Below, one piece after another: positions 35,089 through 49,967 of a stretch of DNA of 64,000 nt. Positions within the stretch are counted from its first letter, which is position 1. Every line of letters begins with the position of its first letter. The stretch is from assembly GCA_012295275.1 (NCBI GenBank), contig CM022678.1:2170001-2234000 (forward strand), in the 5' to 3' direction. Made by a program: the position numbers and the translations under genes. Below the pieces are notes generated by a model. That model was not told the DNA's origin. It saw only the letters and a list, made by a program, of their open reading frames with translations, and did no database searches. Source of the stretch: Chrysomallon squamiferum. Taxonomy: Eukaryota; Animalia; Mollusca.

Positions 35089-37754
35089 TTGAATGTGTGT
35101 CAGATTGATGAATAGTGAGGATGAGAAAAAGAAGATAATTTTTCTAGTCACAAATATCATTTATTAACCAAATATTTTTTAGTTTTATTTTTTTTTTTTT
35201 TTTTTTTTTCATTATCACCATGTTTGTTTATTTATTATTTCTATTACTATTATTTGTTTCTATTATTATTATTATTATTTTATTTTATTATTTTCTCTTG
35301 CAGATTAGGAATTGAAGCAGAAGTGGATATCCATATTTGTGCTACTTAATAATAAAACAAAAATTTATTTAAATAATTTCATAATAATATGAGCATTTAT
35401 TTTTGATTTATTTACTAAAAATAACAAATATTTCTAATAATTTGTGTGCATGTCTTTTTAACTGCAGCATATCATTGTATTAACTACATTTTTTAGAATT
35501 TAGTATTTTTAATAATTATAGTAAATTTTCAGCAGCAGTAAATTTATGACAGGATTTCTTTTGTTTGTTTAATTACCTACGTAATGTTTTTGTTAACTTC
35601 AGCAAATTAAAATGAAGCAACACACGACAACATTGAAAAAAATATCCAACCTAAATCTCTTTGTGTCAAAGTAGTGTAAATATTTTTAAAACCTGGTACA
35701 GATAATGTCGTTTTGTTCATATTAGGTGTGTATGCTTTGGAAATTATCTAACAACTACTTCTTATTGGGGTTTTTTAACAAATTTTTATTACCTATTTGT
35801 AATGTCATTTTTATTAGTATATTGCAATATGTAAAAAAACATTTTCTATTTTTGGATATATTTAAAGCATCTATATACATTACTATTATTGGAATGACGA
35901 AATGTATATATCAGCATCTAACTGACTTACACTTAAAATATAAATTAGAACACAGGATTTTAAGAATAGATTTTCTTAATACACTGGTATTCAAAAACCA
36001 AATTTTATGACAATAATATTCTAGTTGACAAAATTTCTGAATATTAATTTTGACAATTTTAATCTTGGTAATCGTATTTAATACATTTGTAGGTGTTTAA
36101 AAATTGGTTACCAAATGTAATGACAAATCTGACATTTTCAGATGCATTTTCTTACAGAATCGTGTATCAAGGGTTTATGTATAACTATTGATAAAGTTTT
36201 AAGATTTTTTGTTCTGAAGAATGGAAGAAAGGTAGTGCTTCGATACATATATTATATATACATACATACATATAATAATGTCGTGTTTCATTTTAAGTGT
36301 GCAATAAAGTACTTTTATTTCAATATTTGTTTTGCTGTTTGTCCTTTCTTAAAGATTATTTAAGTCTCTCACTGTTCCCATTGATCTAAAAAAAATAAAA
36401 ATAAAAAAAATATTAAAAATTCAAATTTCCTTCATGCACCTTATGTCTAATTATCCTGCACTGTATCCTGTAAAAATTCAAAATGGCTGTGAGAGGGAGA
36501 CTAACAGATAAAACTAACAATTCTTGCAGAAAGGAAATGTATGACAGAAAACTAAAATTAGGCTCGAAATGATTCATTGTACAGTGGGGTTGTAGGATCA
36601 AGCCTTCCAGGTGGACAGAGTGAGATATTTCTGGATCCAAGCCAGTGTTCAAAACTGGTGTCAATAAAGGCAGGGTAGATACTGTCCTGCCTGTATGATG
36701 GCTGAAATGAGAGATCCCAGAGTGACAGTCAGAGAAATCAGTCCACAACTCTGTGATAGACAGAAACACATCATATGTCTGATGTCATGCAGATCTAACC
36801 TAAACTGTCAAGCGCATCATTAATTATTATAATAATTTTCCTTTCTACTTTGGCCAGTACCAGGTGATTGTTTAGTTTTAAGGGAACAAGTGTGGTAAAA
36901 ATAAAAATAAATTATGTTACTGACTCGAAACCTGATGGAAATAATCCTGCTGGCTTTTTGGCTTTTTTCAGTTTTAAAGTACCCTGTTTCATGAACCTCT
37001 CCAACCCAAACCAATAAATACATATATATTCCATTTTTGGAAACTCTAGCACAAACAGTTTTCATTCAGCATCTTTTCAAAGGTGTTAGGTTAAGATAGT
37101 ACAAAAAGTACAGGTGATAAAAATAAATAAAAATAAACTTTTATAAAATATATTCCCTCTTAATGACTATTGGGGGGAGGATATGCTTCATTATTGTGTA
37201 ATCTGTATATGCACTTCCTTGTGAAAACAACCTCAAACATTTATCCCAAAAAGTAAATTTTAATGTTCGTTTTGTAAATGGTCATCTCATAAACCAAAAC
37301 AATCTTTAAAAAATGTTTTAATTTTTCTCCTAGCATGTCCCTTTAAGTGTCATTTAGCAGTGTTCAGTCCATAATCACCTATTTCCCACAAAGCACCAGT
37401 CTAAAATTTGTAATAATCTGAGTCAGATAGAGTACTAGTTAGAATGGGATACAGCCAGCTAGCAGCTCTGAAGAATAGACCAGGTTTATGCTCTAGCCTG
37501 AGATTTTCAACAATACTTACAAACACAAACACAAACACAAACAACATTTCAACATCATAAAGAAAATAAGTAAATATATTTCTAAATGCTTGTTCAGATT
37601 TATCCTTGAGGCAACTTTGAGGAAAAAAAAAAAAAATAAAAAAAAAAAAAAAAAAAAAAAACATAACCATCAACAAACAAACAAACATAAATAAATAAAT
37701 CAAAAACAAAAGAACTGTAACATGTTTATATTTTGGAATATTTTAAAAACAACA

Positions 37755-38151
37755 TTATGTGAAGTACTTCCACACCAGATACATGACAATGCAGGTAATC
37801 ACGACTCCAATGAAGAAAACAATTTTGTCCTGGGACGATCGTTTCTCTATCAGTCTCATAACAGTGTTTGTTAAACCAAGAGAATTGGAAATGTCTAAAA
37901 TTTTCTTGTGAACTCCTTTCAACGTCATTCTTTGCTCTCTCAGATTGGTCAGAATGCTCGAGCTGTGGCCAATGAGGTTGTCCATGTCGCGGTGGACATT
38001 GGTCAGTCCGGTGTGGTGCTGAATGGAAGCATCGATCAAGATGGATGTGTCACTGTCGTTGGTTGTAAATGTCCGAGATAAGAGTGCTTCACGTTCTCGC
38101 TCCTCTTCTTCTCTCATGTACCTTAAAAATATTATTAATCTGTTATTTATA

Positions 38152-38200
<49 letters not shown>

Positions 38201-38267
38201 CAGAGAGAGAGAATCAGAGAGAGAGAGAGAGAATCAGAGAGTGTAAGAGAGAGAATCAGAGAGAGAG

Positions 38268-38304
<37 letters not shown>

Positions 38305-38639
38305 CAGAGAGAGAGAGAGAGAGAGAGAGAATCAGAGAGAAACAGAGAATCAGAGAGAGAGAGAGAGAGAGAGATATTATAAAGTGAGAATAATGTATTT
38401 GTTTGTTTTCATAACTTATATCTCATTGAAGGTGAGTGAGGGAAAAAACAGTGTATGAGAGGAAGAGCTCAGTATATTATAAATCATATGCATTTGTTAA
38501 TTTTCATAACTTATATCTCATTGAAGGTATATGTGACAATTGATTCTATCTGTGAGGACCTATTTTGTTTATTTATGATTTTCATATTTTTACGTTTGAT
38601 TTTCAAACAAATAAGACGTCTTTGTATTTCAGTGTTTAA

Positions 38640-38698
<59 letters not shown>

Positions 38699-39254
38699 GA
38701 GATTGGCTATTTCATATTTCGATTTTACGTTCAATGGCTTTATTGTGAACATAAAATATAAAACTGACAATTAATTTAAAATAAATATAAAATCACTATA
38801 TAGTTTCACACAGGAATATTCAGTCAAATAATCGTGGACTTTAATAATCTAGCTAATGAGTTATACTAATTAGTATGATATATTATTACATAACTTTATA
38901 ACTATCATTTGTTTGCCCTTTTTATTCAAATCGATTGTGACGCGATTTTATGAATATTATATTAGCACAAATAAATAAATACCTTTTGTGTTGTAGTTGT
39001 CTCATTGCTCCTTGTAGATGCTGACAATCATATTTTAGTTGATCAACTCGAACTTTGGCGTTCGCTCTACGGGTTGGTGGCTCTTTGTTAACGAGAATCT
39101 CCAGACGCTCACAGTTGCTCAGAATATGGTCAATTTTGGCCTGTACCTCATTTTCTACAAGGTGAACACTGTCACCTGCTGCTTTTTCAAGATGACCCAA
39201 GTCCCCCTGTACTTCCTGAACAAGTTTGTTCGTTTGGTGATACAAACTTTCCAT
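37755..39254 (-). CDS. GOSR2: Golgi SNAP receptor complex member 2 (membrin/GS27), 212 aa
   Basis: join(39254-38983,38121-37755) with one phase-2 intron (AAAAG|gtattt ... tttttaag|G). Reads MESLYHQTNKLVQEVQ...RVDQLKYDCQHLQ...REALLSRTFTTNDSDTSILID...ISNSLGLTNTVMRLIEKRSSQDK followed by a C-terminal TM anchor, matching the membrin Qb-SNARE. Confidence 0.96.
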
Positions 39255-39479
39255 ATTTTAATTTATATTTTTGGAATGACCACGCGATGTGAAATGTTAA
39301 TTTAAAAAGAAAAATGACAACACTTTACCTAAAAACTAGTCACTTGTTTTGGGAACATAGTGAAAAAACAAAACACGCAGTACTTACGCAGATTAAAATT
39401 TAATGACTACGTATCATTTAAATGGACTATGAACATTTAAGTGTCCGATTAGGTAATTTCACGATACGATTTCTACGTG

Positions 39480-39510
39480 TCCTCTGAAGAATTACTTCCG
39501 GGCCAATAGT
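39480..39510 (-). promoter_or_regulatory. GOSR2 promoter motifs (ETS/GABP-like ACTTCCGG and CCAAT)
   Basis: acttccgg at 39494-39501 followed by ccaat at 39503, ~250 bp upstream of the ATG. Confidence 0.45.
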
Positions 39511-40470
39511 ACTTTGTTAGTTGTTATTTTATTTTCCTCCATCAAAACAAACGTCGGTTCTACCGATTGCTGATTATATCTTACATAAGGTAGATACTAC
39601 ATGAAATAATTCATTAGGTTACATTAATACTGTTAATTATTAAATACTGTTACCTGTCAAGTTTATTTTTTAACTGGAAAAATGAAATTAATAATTATTT
39701 TAAACTGATGAAAATTATCATTTAAAAATCAGTTACGCATTTTATGAACTGTTATTTCCATTTCTTAACAGGATTTTTTATTTCTGTTTTCATATTATAT
39801 TACATATATATAATTTTAGTTTTTATTTAACACATGAGCCTACTTTTTGATAGATGGGAGAATACCTTCCAGTCACAGACTGTTTGGAACAGGTCATAAC
39901 ACAACAGTTGTACCAAAATTGTTTTGATCCTGTAACCCGAATCTTAAACCATCATTTTAACTGATAACATAAAACCTACTTGTTATTAGATTGTGAAAAA
40001 TGTTGAAAAAAGACAATGAGGTCAGGTGAGACACAAAAAGCAAATAAACACCATAAACTTTTATTGACATTGTATTTGACATGAAAACACATCAACATTA
40101 CAGAAGCAGACATTGATTTTATTAGCATCACTCTTTTTTTATTAACAACAACTGGAATGTAATAAAAACTAGACAAACAGTTTGTAAATATAAAAAAGTA
40201 TTTAAAATTCTCCAGTAACATCACTTTTAGTTTTAAAATGCTCAATTAAAATAATCCTGATTCACATTTTTGTCATTCTGCATCAATTTTTAAACTAAGA
40301 AAACACATCAATATGAAACATTGAAAAAAAAAAAAAAATCAAACAACAATAATGTTTTTGCATTTTCAGAAACACTAACAAAATAACAAAAGTAAAAATG
40401 ATAAAATTTAAAAAACAAATAAACAACAAAACAAAACAAACAAACGTTATTTTAAAAACAAAATCAAAGT

Positions 40471-40753
40471 TTATTTTTTCTTTTTCCCTCTTTTATCTTC
40501 TTTAGATTTTCCAAGAGATTTTGTTTCTTTTTTGTATTTGTCATACAAATAATAAATTACATACAGGATAAGGGCTGGAATGGATAAAAACTGAACAGTC
40601 TGCATTATTGATTTCTCAAACGATTTTTTCTGTAATCCCATCAGCTCAACTTCAAACGTTAATGTGGCATCCGCTGTCAGAAGAAGAACAGAAAACAATA
40701 AAAACATATTAACAAGATATGAGAGAGAGAGGGAGAGAAAGAAACAGAGAGTG

Positions 40754-40803
<50 letters not shown>

Positions 40804-42910
40804 AGGTTGACAGATAGACACTGAATGAGAAAGCACACAAACAGAAAGAGACAGAGTTAGAGAGAACGAGGCTTAAATAAGATACAGATTTGCTTTAAAG
40901 CATGTAAATTGGTTGTAAATTTAACAACAATAACAGTAATCTCTCTTACACTAATTGTAACATCATGACCACAATTACCATAAATAAATAAAAAATACTT
41001 CATTCTTGTTTCTGTCTGTGAAATCATCAACTGTTTACACCTAACATTTTATTTGTTTGTTTACTTAACATACGTACTTCTGTCGTATTTAAATAGTTTT
41101 ATTTATATACTAATTATCATTAGTTTGTGTTAAGAAAAATGAGAAATGAATTAAGTTTTTACGCACACAACAATACAGTAACACCATTCCTCTAACAAAC
41201 TTGGTGCACTCCACCCCACAGTTTCAAGTAATTCTGTCTGGACCAAAAGAGATCACAGTCCATCAGTTGCCAGAAATTTGGCTGTGTATCTGTATTACTA
41301 AGTTCATTCTCTCACTCACACTCTCTCTCTCCCCCCATCCCTTCCCTGCTTTGCCCTCAGTTTATTTACCTGGTATTACTGGGGGTCGACCTTGAGCTCC
41401 ATACGCCAGATGTGGAGGGATGTTTAATTTGCGTTTTTCTCTGAATCAACAAAAATAAAATAAATGAACACTTGTTTTTAATATTCTCATTCTTATTTCT
41501 TCTCTGAAATTTGTTTACACTTTACTGAAAATTGCTTTGCCAAGGACTAATTTTAATAAGGACCTTACCTATTTTTAACAACAGCAGGAGAGAAGCTACT
41601 TCTTCATGTATAAAATATGTAATGACATTTAAACATTCTGATGATATTTTTTTCTTGTTATTTTTTTTTAAATTATCATTTTAAAAACATTTAGTGATAA
41701 ATATCTATTTACAGCCTTTGCATATATTGGTACTATATTAACATGATTCAATCTGTATATTTAAAAAGTAAATATTGTATATACTGTTTTGTGTTGTCAA
41801 ATAAAACAGAAGATAATTTGCATAATGTAATGAGTTTCAAGTTCAAAAATGTATTTCACTGTTAATGTTTACAGAAAGTTATTTTTTTATATCATATATA
41901 CACAGATATAAATATACAGACACAGATATAGATATTGATAAACAGACAGACAATCTGTATGTTTTATGCACTGAATGCTGCCTGTTTAACTAACTACACA
42001 TAATTTTAAAGTAAAACTTACCCAACACACATTCCTTGAATACTTTGCTCCCAACCTGAAACAGCACAAAACTAAAATATTATCCCGTACTGTGGATGCA
42101 GGGTAAAATTAATTCTACTGTGCTAATATTTGTGTTTTACTGTGACAAATAACAAATTGGAAACAAAGAAAAACTAAGCTAAACTTTATCCAAAGTGTCC
42201 ACGGATGAAGGAAAGTAAAATTCAGCTAACGAAACTATATAGTCAGCCATTTTTTATTAATGGTTTCTCCATTCCATGCTCACATTACTTTAATAAGTGC
42301 ACTGGAAACACCCAACACCCAGTTATATCTACCCTTGAAAGTAAATAACACCCCAACACCCAATTATATCTACCCCAGAAAGTAAATAACACCCCAACAC
42401 CCAATTATATCTACCCTTGAAAGTAAACAACCCCCAACACCCAATTATATCTACCCCTGAAAATCAATAACACCCCAACACCCAATTAAATCTACCCCTG
42501 AAAGTAAATAACACCAACACCCAATTATATCTACCCCTGAAAGTAAATAACACACCAACACCCAATTATATCTACCCCTGAAAGTAAACAACACTCAACA
42601 CCCAATTATATCTACCCTTGAAAGTAAATAACACCCCAACACCCAATTATATCTACCCCTGAAAGTAAATAACACCCCAGTGTCCCACTGTATCTACCCT
42701 GAAAGTAAAATATCGTTAATTACTGCACTGGAATCACCCTAGCACCCCAACAAATCTACCCTGAAAGTACCTTTAATAACAGTGTGTTCTCCAAGAGTGA
42801 ATGTCACAGGATCTCTCTTTGTCTGCACAGATGAGTCAAACACCACACCAGATTCCAAATAACCCTGAAAAACAGAAAACAGAGATTTGGTGAATAAAAT
42901 TTAAAATTAG

Positions 42911-42943
<33 letters not shown>

Positions 42944-43905
42944 GTAATAATAGTAATAATAATAATAATAATAATATTATAAAACAAAATAAAATAAATA
43001 ATAGTATCAATAAATAAAAATAAAATAATAATAATAATAATAACAAATGTTTAAAATAAAATAAAATAAACTTGAAATAAAAAAATGGAATAAAATAATA
43101 AATAATAATAAAGTGAAACAAGAAATTAAAATTAATTAATAAATAAAATAATTTAAAAAAATAGAGAAAGAAATATTAAATAAAATTACATAAAATATAA
43201 AAATAACAAACAGTAAAAAAATTACACTAAAAATGTAATTAATATAATAATTAAAAAAATAATAATCTACTAAAAAGTAATTGTATATTTTTATTATATT
43301 TATTAAAGACAGACAATCAGACAGGCAGACAGACAAACAGACAGACAGAGACACTCACTGTGTAGTGAACGGAAACTTGATCTCCAACTTGTGCCTGTAC
43401 CTCGCAGTCCTCTGGTTTGTACTGAAATGAAAAATCATTAAAAAATATATTTAAATATTAATTTATTATTACAACATAAAAGTAATTTTTTGTTATTTTT
43501 CTCTGCTGTTCTTCCTTCAGTTGTTTGTGCTCTTTAATTTTATTTCTTTCACCCTTTCTATCATTTATTTATTCTTCTCTGCCATCACTGCCTTTTTATA
43601 CACACTCAGCTTTCTGTTGAATTAATTTGAGAAAATCTGGTCAAAATCTTGGAAGCATATAAATATTCTTGGATCTCCTGACATTCAGACTGTCCATGAG
43701 TTAGTGACACATCCAAAAGATGTCTTTTTGAGTTTGTCAATCTCTTTGTTTCTGGACAACCTTTAATGTTATTATTAATATGTTAATATGAATGGTTCAC
43801 TCTATTTACTTTCAAGTTATTATTTTACTTTACTATTATTATTATTATATAGAAAAATAAACTAATTGTTACTCAAATAAAAGTTAAATTTTACGAGCAC
43901 ACTGG

Positions 43906-43988
<83 letters not shown>

Positions 43989-44367
43989 CCTAATACAATT
44001 TGTCATCCAGAATGTGATTATTTCCCATGCACCGTTTCTGTTTCTTTTAATGTAAATTAATTCAGGTTTAACATGAAACGTGTAATTAACATTGCATATT
44101 TATTAAACACCATATCTGTGACTTCTTGTTCAAAAGGAAATACATCATTTATTTAACAAAACGAAAGAGGAGTTTTATCCAATCGTAAAATCACAATCGA
44201 TTCAATAATGCATGTGGACATTACCATCGATTTCGTTTAAATAAACTGTTTCTTAAAATTAACATTTATACCTGAACATCGATCTGCAATTCGTTTTTCT
44301 TTTTTCCCTCACAATCTGTTGATAAAATTAGAATAAATGAGAAAAAATTTAGGAAATGATACTTCAT
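40471..44367 (-). CDS. FKBP11: FKBP-type peptidyl-prolyl isomerase, ER membrane type (FKBP11-like), 186 aa
   Basis: join(44367-44272,43421-43359,42864-42771,42055-42022,41440-41370,40673-40471); phases are consistent. It has a signal-peptide-like start MKYHFLNFFSFILILS, an FKBP domain (GDQVSVHYTGYLESGVVFDSS...[49 protein letters not shown]), a TM helix and a C-terminal KKKK dilysine ER-retrieval signal. Confidence 0.93.
42305..42770. repeat. 41-bp minisatellite (~11 copies) abutting the FKBP11 exon-3 donor
   Basis: Unit acaccccaacacccaattatatctacccctgaaagtaaata. Confidence 0.92.
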
Positions 44368-45175
44368 GATTTTTCGTTGTTGTATTTCGAATGGTTGGAC
44401 CTTTCTTATCAACTCCCAACGCCTGGAAAATGAGGGATAAACCAAATGTGATATCGCAAGGGGTGATAGATTGTAAACTATTGTTTAATTCGCAGAGTAC
44501 GAACTTTTTATAACAAATACTGTTTCCTCTTGTGTCTTTTCGTTATTATGTTTGATTATAGGCTTACTAACGTTTCACATTTTATTTTAAAAATCAGCAT
44601 TCGTTTCCAAATAAGAGTGATAATCACCCTCTGTCGTTACCGTTAATTTTCGACAACCATAATGATAGAATGTGTCAAAAAGCAAAGGGTCAAGGACAAA
44701 TCCATAACCCAGCATTGTAAAATAAGATACTTTAAATTTCATAATAAAAATGAATATAAAAGGGAAATGTTGAATGCATCGAAAGTGAACAAGTTAGATA
44801 TATCAAAATTTAAAGTAATATTCATGTATACTGAAACAAAAAATAATTTTCAGTGTCATGTGAACATAAATATTATTTTAAGGCTTCATTTAAAAATGGC
44901 AGAATGTCGATGGAACGATCGTAGAAAATGGATTTTGTTAAGTGTAGAGTAGGAGTAAATGAGCTTAGATTTTCTGTGAACTGTAAATTATCTGAAATAA
45001 TACAAAGGAATTGAAGATCCGAAAAATTATTTTAAATAAATAATTATTGATTAAAATGATTACATTAAATTGTAAAAAGTTCCTTTTAAGTGAAATATTA
45101 ATATAAAGCTGAAAAGGATGAAAAGATTATAGTTTCTAGTTGGCAGAAGTTCCTTCTTCTTATCTTTTTTTAATT

Positions 45176-45211
<36 letters not shown>

Positions 45212-45443
45212 TAATAATAATAAATAAAGAAAAAATATATAATAATAGAAAAAGAAAATATATAAAATAAATTTTCAGTGACGGTAATAACTTCAAGTTG
45301 TTAATTACAAGAAACTACATAAATTAAAATGAAACAAGTGTACACATATTGATGCATTTTAATGACGTCAAACAAGAACATGACGATTATAGTAATTCGA
45401 CCCTTTTAATTTGTTAAAATTATTACAATAAATACATATTGTG

Positions 45444-45505
<62 letters not shown>

Positions 45506-46044
45506 CAAAATGAATACTGTTAAAATCACGTGATTGTTTCGTGAGCGGAATGTCTGCAGAGAGCAGTAAATGCACGTGTTCGTTATGCGATTGTCGACAA
45601 AATTGAATTGGCAGTACAGTGTGACAGTCGTTTACATTAAATTTTATTGCAGCGTTCGAATAATTTTGCAGCTGCATTTATAAAGATTTTGTCTGTCACC
45701 ACACTTTTATGTAAGTTGCATAAAAATGAATATATATTTATATATGAAAATAATAAAACAAATGATGCACAAACAATCCATTTTCGACCATCTCTTTATA
45801 TTCGTAATTGTTGGTAAATTAAACAGTAAATGAAGTTGGTAACGTCATCAGAATAATTTGTACTTGAAACTGAATAAAATCGGTGCTGGGTTTAGTGACA
45901 ATCTTGACATACGGAAGCCTTGGGCGTCAGAAACTAGGGAACCTCCAGTCATGTTGTATTATATTTTCGACATTGTCATAGACGTTTCTTACATGTGCAA
46001 GCATAATGAACACCCTTTAAGTAATTATTTTCTATGCATTCCAT

Positions 46045-46092
<48 letters not shown>

Positions 46093-47227
46093 TAATAAAA
46101 TCATTGAACAAAATTAAAATCTGCAATTTAGTAATGCAGTGAATTTTGTGTTCTTATCATTTTTGTAGCTGTGTTACGTCATTTTCACAGCGAAAATCAT
46201 CAAAAAAATCAGAAATCAAAATTGCATGCTTATACAGTTCACTTCAGTATTTTTTAAAGCAAACTTAGAAAATTAGAAACTAGCAAAATCCACCTTATCC
46301 ATAGAAGTGCTACAAAAAGATGCAGAATAAGGAAATGTTAGATGTACATCTTGTCCTGATGTCTTAGATGGTTTCTCTTTAAGAGACAAGTTTATTATGA
46401 AATCCTTTGTTCCTGTAGTAGACACAATTCAAAACAATTCAATGAGCAGCTAGCTACTATGTACAGTGATACTGCACAAATATATTTTTTTCTTAGTAAT
46501 CTGACAGTATCTAAACAAAATTTTCAGGTTCATGTGAGACAAAGACAGAAAAAAACCCCTCCAAAAACCCAACATTTTAGTTTTAGGATATTTGAAGACT
46601 GTAATTTCTTCATTTCCTAATTTGTATTTTAAAAACCTGACTGAATTACAGGAAACAACATACAGTGTCATGTTCAGTTTATAAACATTTTCCAGCCAAT
46701 AAAATGTGCAAACAAGATTTTTAAAATTTATTTTTCTTTGTGTTTTTAAATAGTAATAAGATTTTTTCAGCAAAAAAAAAAAAAAAAAAAAAAAGAAAAA
46801 GAAATAGAGATCTTATAGGTTTTAGTACCATCTTTTGTGGCATGGTTAAATATATTTACATTTTACAGTAAAAAAAATACATACCTACATACATACATAT
46901 ATATATATATATAAATAAATATATTTGACCATGGCACAACAGACAGATATAATAAGTTAAATGTGCTGCAGTGTAAAGTTGTCTTTAGATACTTATCCAG
47001 TGAACAAAAAGATGAACAGGATGAAGTCCAAGTTGTGTCATTGTAACATGTTTTAACTATAGTGGTTGTTAATTTTGGTTAATTTAAAATTTGTTAAAAT
47101 ATCGAATTATAATATCAGATATTAAAGATACTCATTTCAAATGAAAACTTTTTGTTTTTTAGTACGTTATACTTTTTAACTGAACTGTTAATTATAGCTG
47201 TGAAAAATATTAAGTAACATTTTAAAC

Positions 47228-47310
47228 TTGTTAATTACTGGTGCTAAAATTGTTAATTGCAGGTGTTAAAATGGTTAATTACAGGTGTTAAAATTGTTAA
47301 TTACAGGTGA
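47228..47310 (+). repeat. 22-bp tandem repeat (4 copies) of the acceptor preceding the short GTSF1 start exon
   Basis: Unit ttgttaattacaggtgttaaaa; CAG at 47260, 47282 and 47304. Confidence 0.85.
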
Positions 47311-47311
47311 C

Positions 47312-47566
47312 ATGGCTGACTATGACAGTGTTTCTGACCCAGAAGCCCTGATTCAGTGTCCGTATGACAAGTTTCACATGATCCGGGCTAAAAGACTTCC
47401 GTACCATCTCATAAAGTGCAAAAAGGTTCGTTAAGCCCAGCTGGGAACATTTGTTGCCATGACAACTAATTAACTGTAGTAGGAAATTAAAAATCTGAAT
47501 GTGATACCTGTATTTATCCATTTTAAAGTATTGTAACTTCATTATTAAGAAAAGATTTATTAAATT

Positions 47567-47607
<41 letters not shown>

Positions 47608-49459
47608 TATTATTATAAAATATATTACAGTATTGTTTTTGCTATTATGAAAAATCTTTGGATCAGTTTATTCCAATCTGTGGTGTATTGTTTTATTTCT
47701 ATTTTTATTTATTTATTTTATTTATTTTTCAGAATTATGCTGGAAATGAGTTTTCAGTGTGTCCGTTCAATGCGAGACATGAAATGCGGAAAGCCGAGCT
47801 GCGCTATCACATGGCAAACTGCCCCGACAGAGCACGACTGGAAACAGATTTTGCTTACGGTAAAAAAACAAACAAACAAACACAGCTTGGGCTGACGTTT
47901 TGTGTGATTTTATTTTACTTTTATGACTTTGTTCACCTGTTTTCACGGCAACACGACTAGCAGACGTCTGGTATACCTGCTGTGACATCACAAACAAGTT
48001 TTACTGTCTTGTTGATCATTCTTTGAAAAATTCGTTAAAAATTCGTTAAAAATTCTTACAGAAATTGCGTAAAATTTTGGACCTAAATAGTTTTATTTCT
48101 GATCTTTTTTGAAATTTCTCCTAGCAGAAATGCTTGGTACCAGAAATGTTTCCGATTTGAGAATTATTTTGATTTGTGGCAAATAAGGAGAGAACATGGT
48201 GGTAAATCAGACTGTATAATTATATAAATATACACCTGAACTGCATGTAGTCAAAATGTTTTTAAAATAAAGGTTTGAACTGTTTTAAAACCATGTCTAA
48301 ATAGGAGTTTGCTCTTTTTTTTTTTTTTATTTGGGTATGCAAATGTTCTTAAAAATGCAGCCTTGAATTGTATAAACACATTTAGTTTTATTTTAAATGT
48401 AGATTTAAATTCTTTTAAGAGTAGTTTGACAATTTTTAAAATTTGTCTAAATAAGAATGAATTTTTCACTTATTTTTAATTTTTTATTATTATATTTATC
48501 ATTAATAATTTTTTTTTTCGTAGACCGCCATTAAAGAAGATTATTTTGTGTTTGAATAGTATGGTGGTATAATTATCTAATTTGTTCATGTGGACAGTAT
48601 AAAAGTAGAAATGACTGAATTTGATTTGTTTCAAGAGACAGGTCTGATCAGTGACTACGGGACATTGTTTAAAGGATGTACAGACGTCCCTGCATACCAC
48701 ACCAACATTCAAATGAAAGAAAACTGGGACCAGGGTAAGAAAGTTTTCGTTTTATACTGTACGTTACATCTCTGCATCTTTTACACGGCTTGTTTAATTT
48801 ATCACAAAAACCGTGTAGAGTTTTTTTAATGTTTATAATTTTTACTCAATATAAAAATTAAACTGCTTATTTAATTTAGCACAAAAAACGTGTAGAGTTT
48901 TTTTAATGTTTATAATTTTTACTCAATATAAAAGTTAAACTGCTTGTTTAATTTATCACAAGATGAAAATTGTTCAGACGGAATCACTGTAAGTTTTATC
49001 AAGTTTTGTTTATTAATAGTGGAAGGAAGAAAACTTGGTTTTTTATTTAAAATCTTTCAATCTGCTATTTTGTGGCTTCACAGTTGAAGAGAGATAACTC
49101 CTTTTATCTTATTTATTATTTGTTGTGATAATAAATATTATTTTATATTTGTTATTATTATTAATATTTTTTATTATTATTATTATTATTATTATTTTAT
49201 CATCATCATCATCATTATTATTTATTTATTTATTATTTATTTATTATTATACTGTTTCAATGGAATGGCAACAGATGATTTTTTATGTACACCTACCATA
49301 GTCTTTGATAAATTAATACTACACTGTTTTTGGTACATGTTTGGTTCTTTAACAAATTATAATTTTATAATTATCATGACATACAGTGAAAAATTAAAAA
49401 AATGTTCAAAGTATTTTTAACTAAAAAGATGACTTATTTTGACTATGTTTGCCTGTCTC

Positions 49460-49490
<31 letters not shown>

Positions 49491-49925
49491 TCCTTCAATT
49501 TCTATTTAATTCAGTGTTCACATATATTGTGTCTGAAATGTCTGTCTTCCTCTGAAATGTCCATGTATCTATACATTCCGTTCAAAATCCACCACTAAAC
49601 TTTATCTATGTATGTGTTTATTTATGTAAAGTTTTTATGTTTGTTTTCACAGAGTTGTCAGTAACTACCAGAATTGGTGTTCATCCCGATTTCTTTGACA
49701 ATCATCAATTTAAAAATCTTACTGGGTTTGTTAAAATTTTGCACTTAGTTCTCGTACATAATAAAAATATTCGTAATTAGTTTGTAGACTTCATAGTATG
49801 TGTCATTCTGTCTGTAGACTGTAAACAAAATTTCCTCTGAAGAAAATAGCCCAGGTATTGTGGGAAAAGTTACATTCTAATTTAAAAAAAAAAAAAAAAT
49901 GAAATGAAATTAAAAAAAAAAAAAA

Positions 49926-49967
<42 letters not shown>

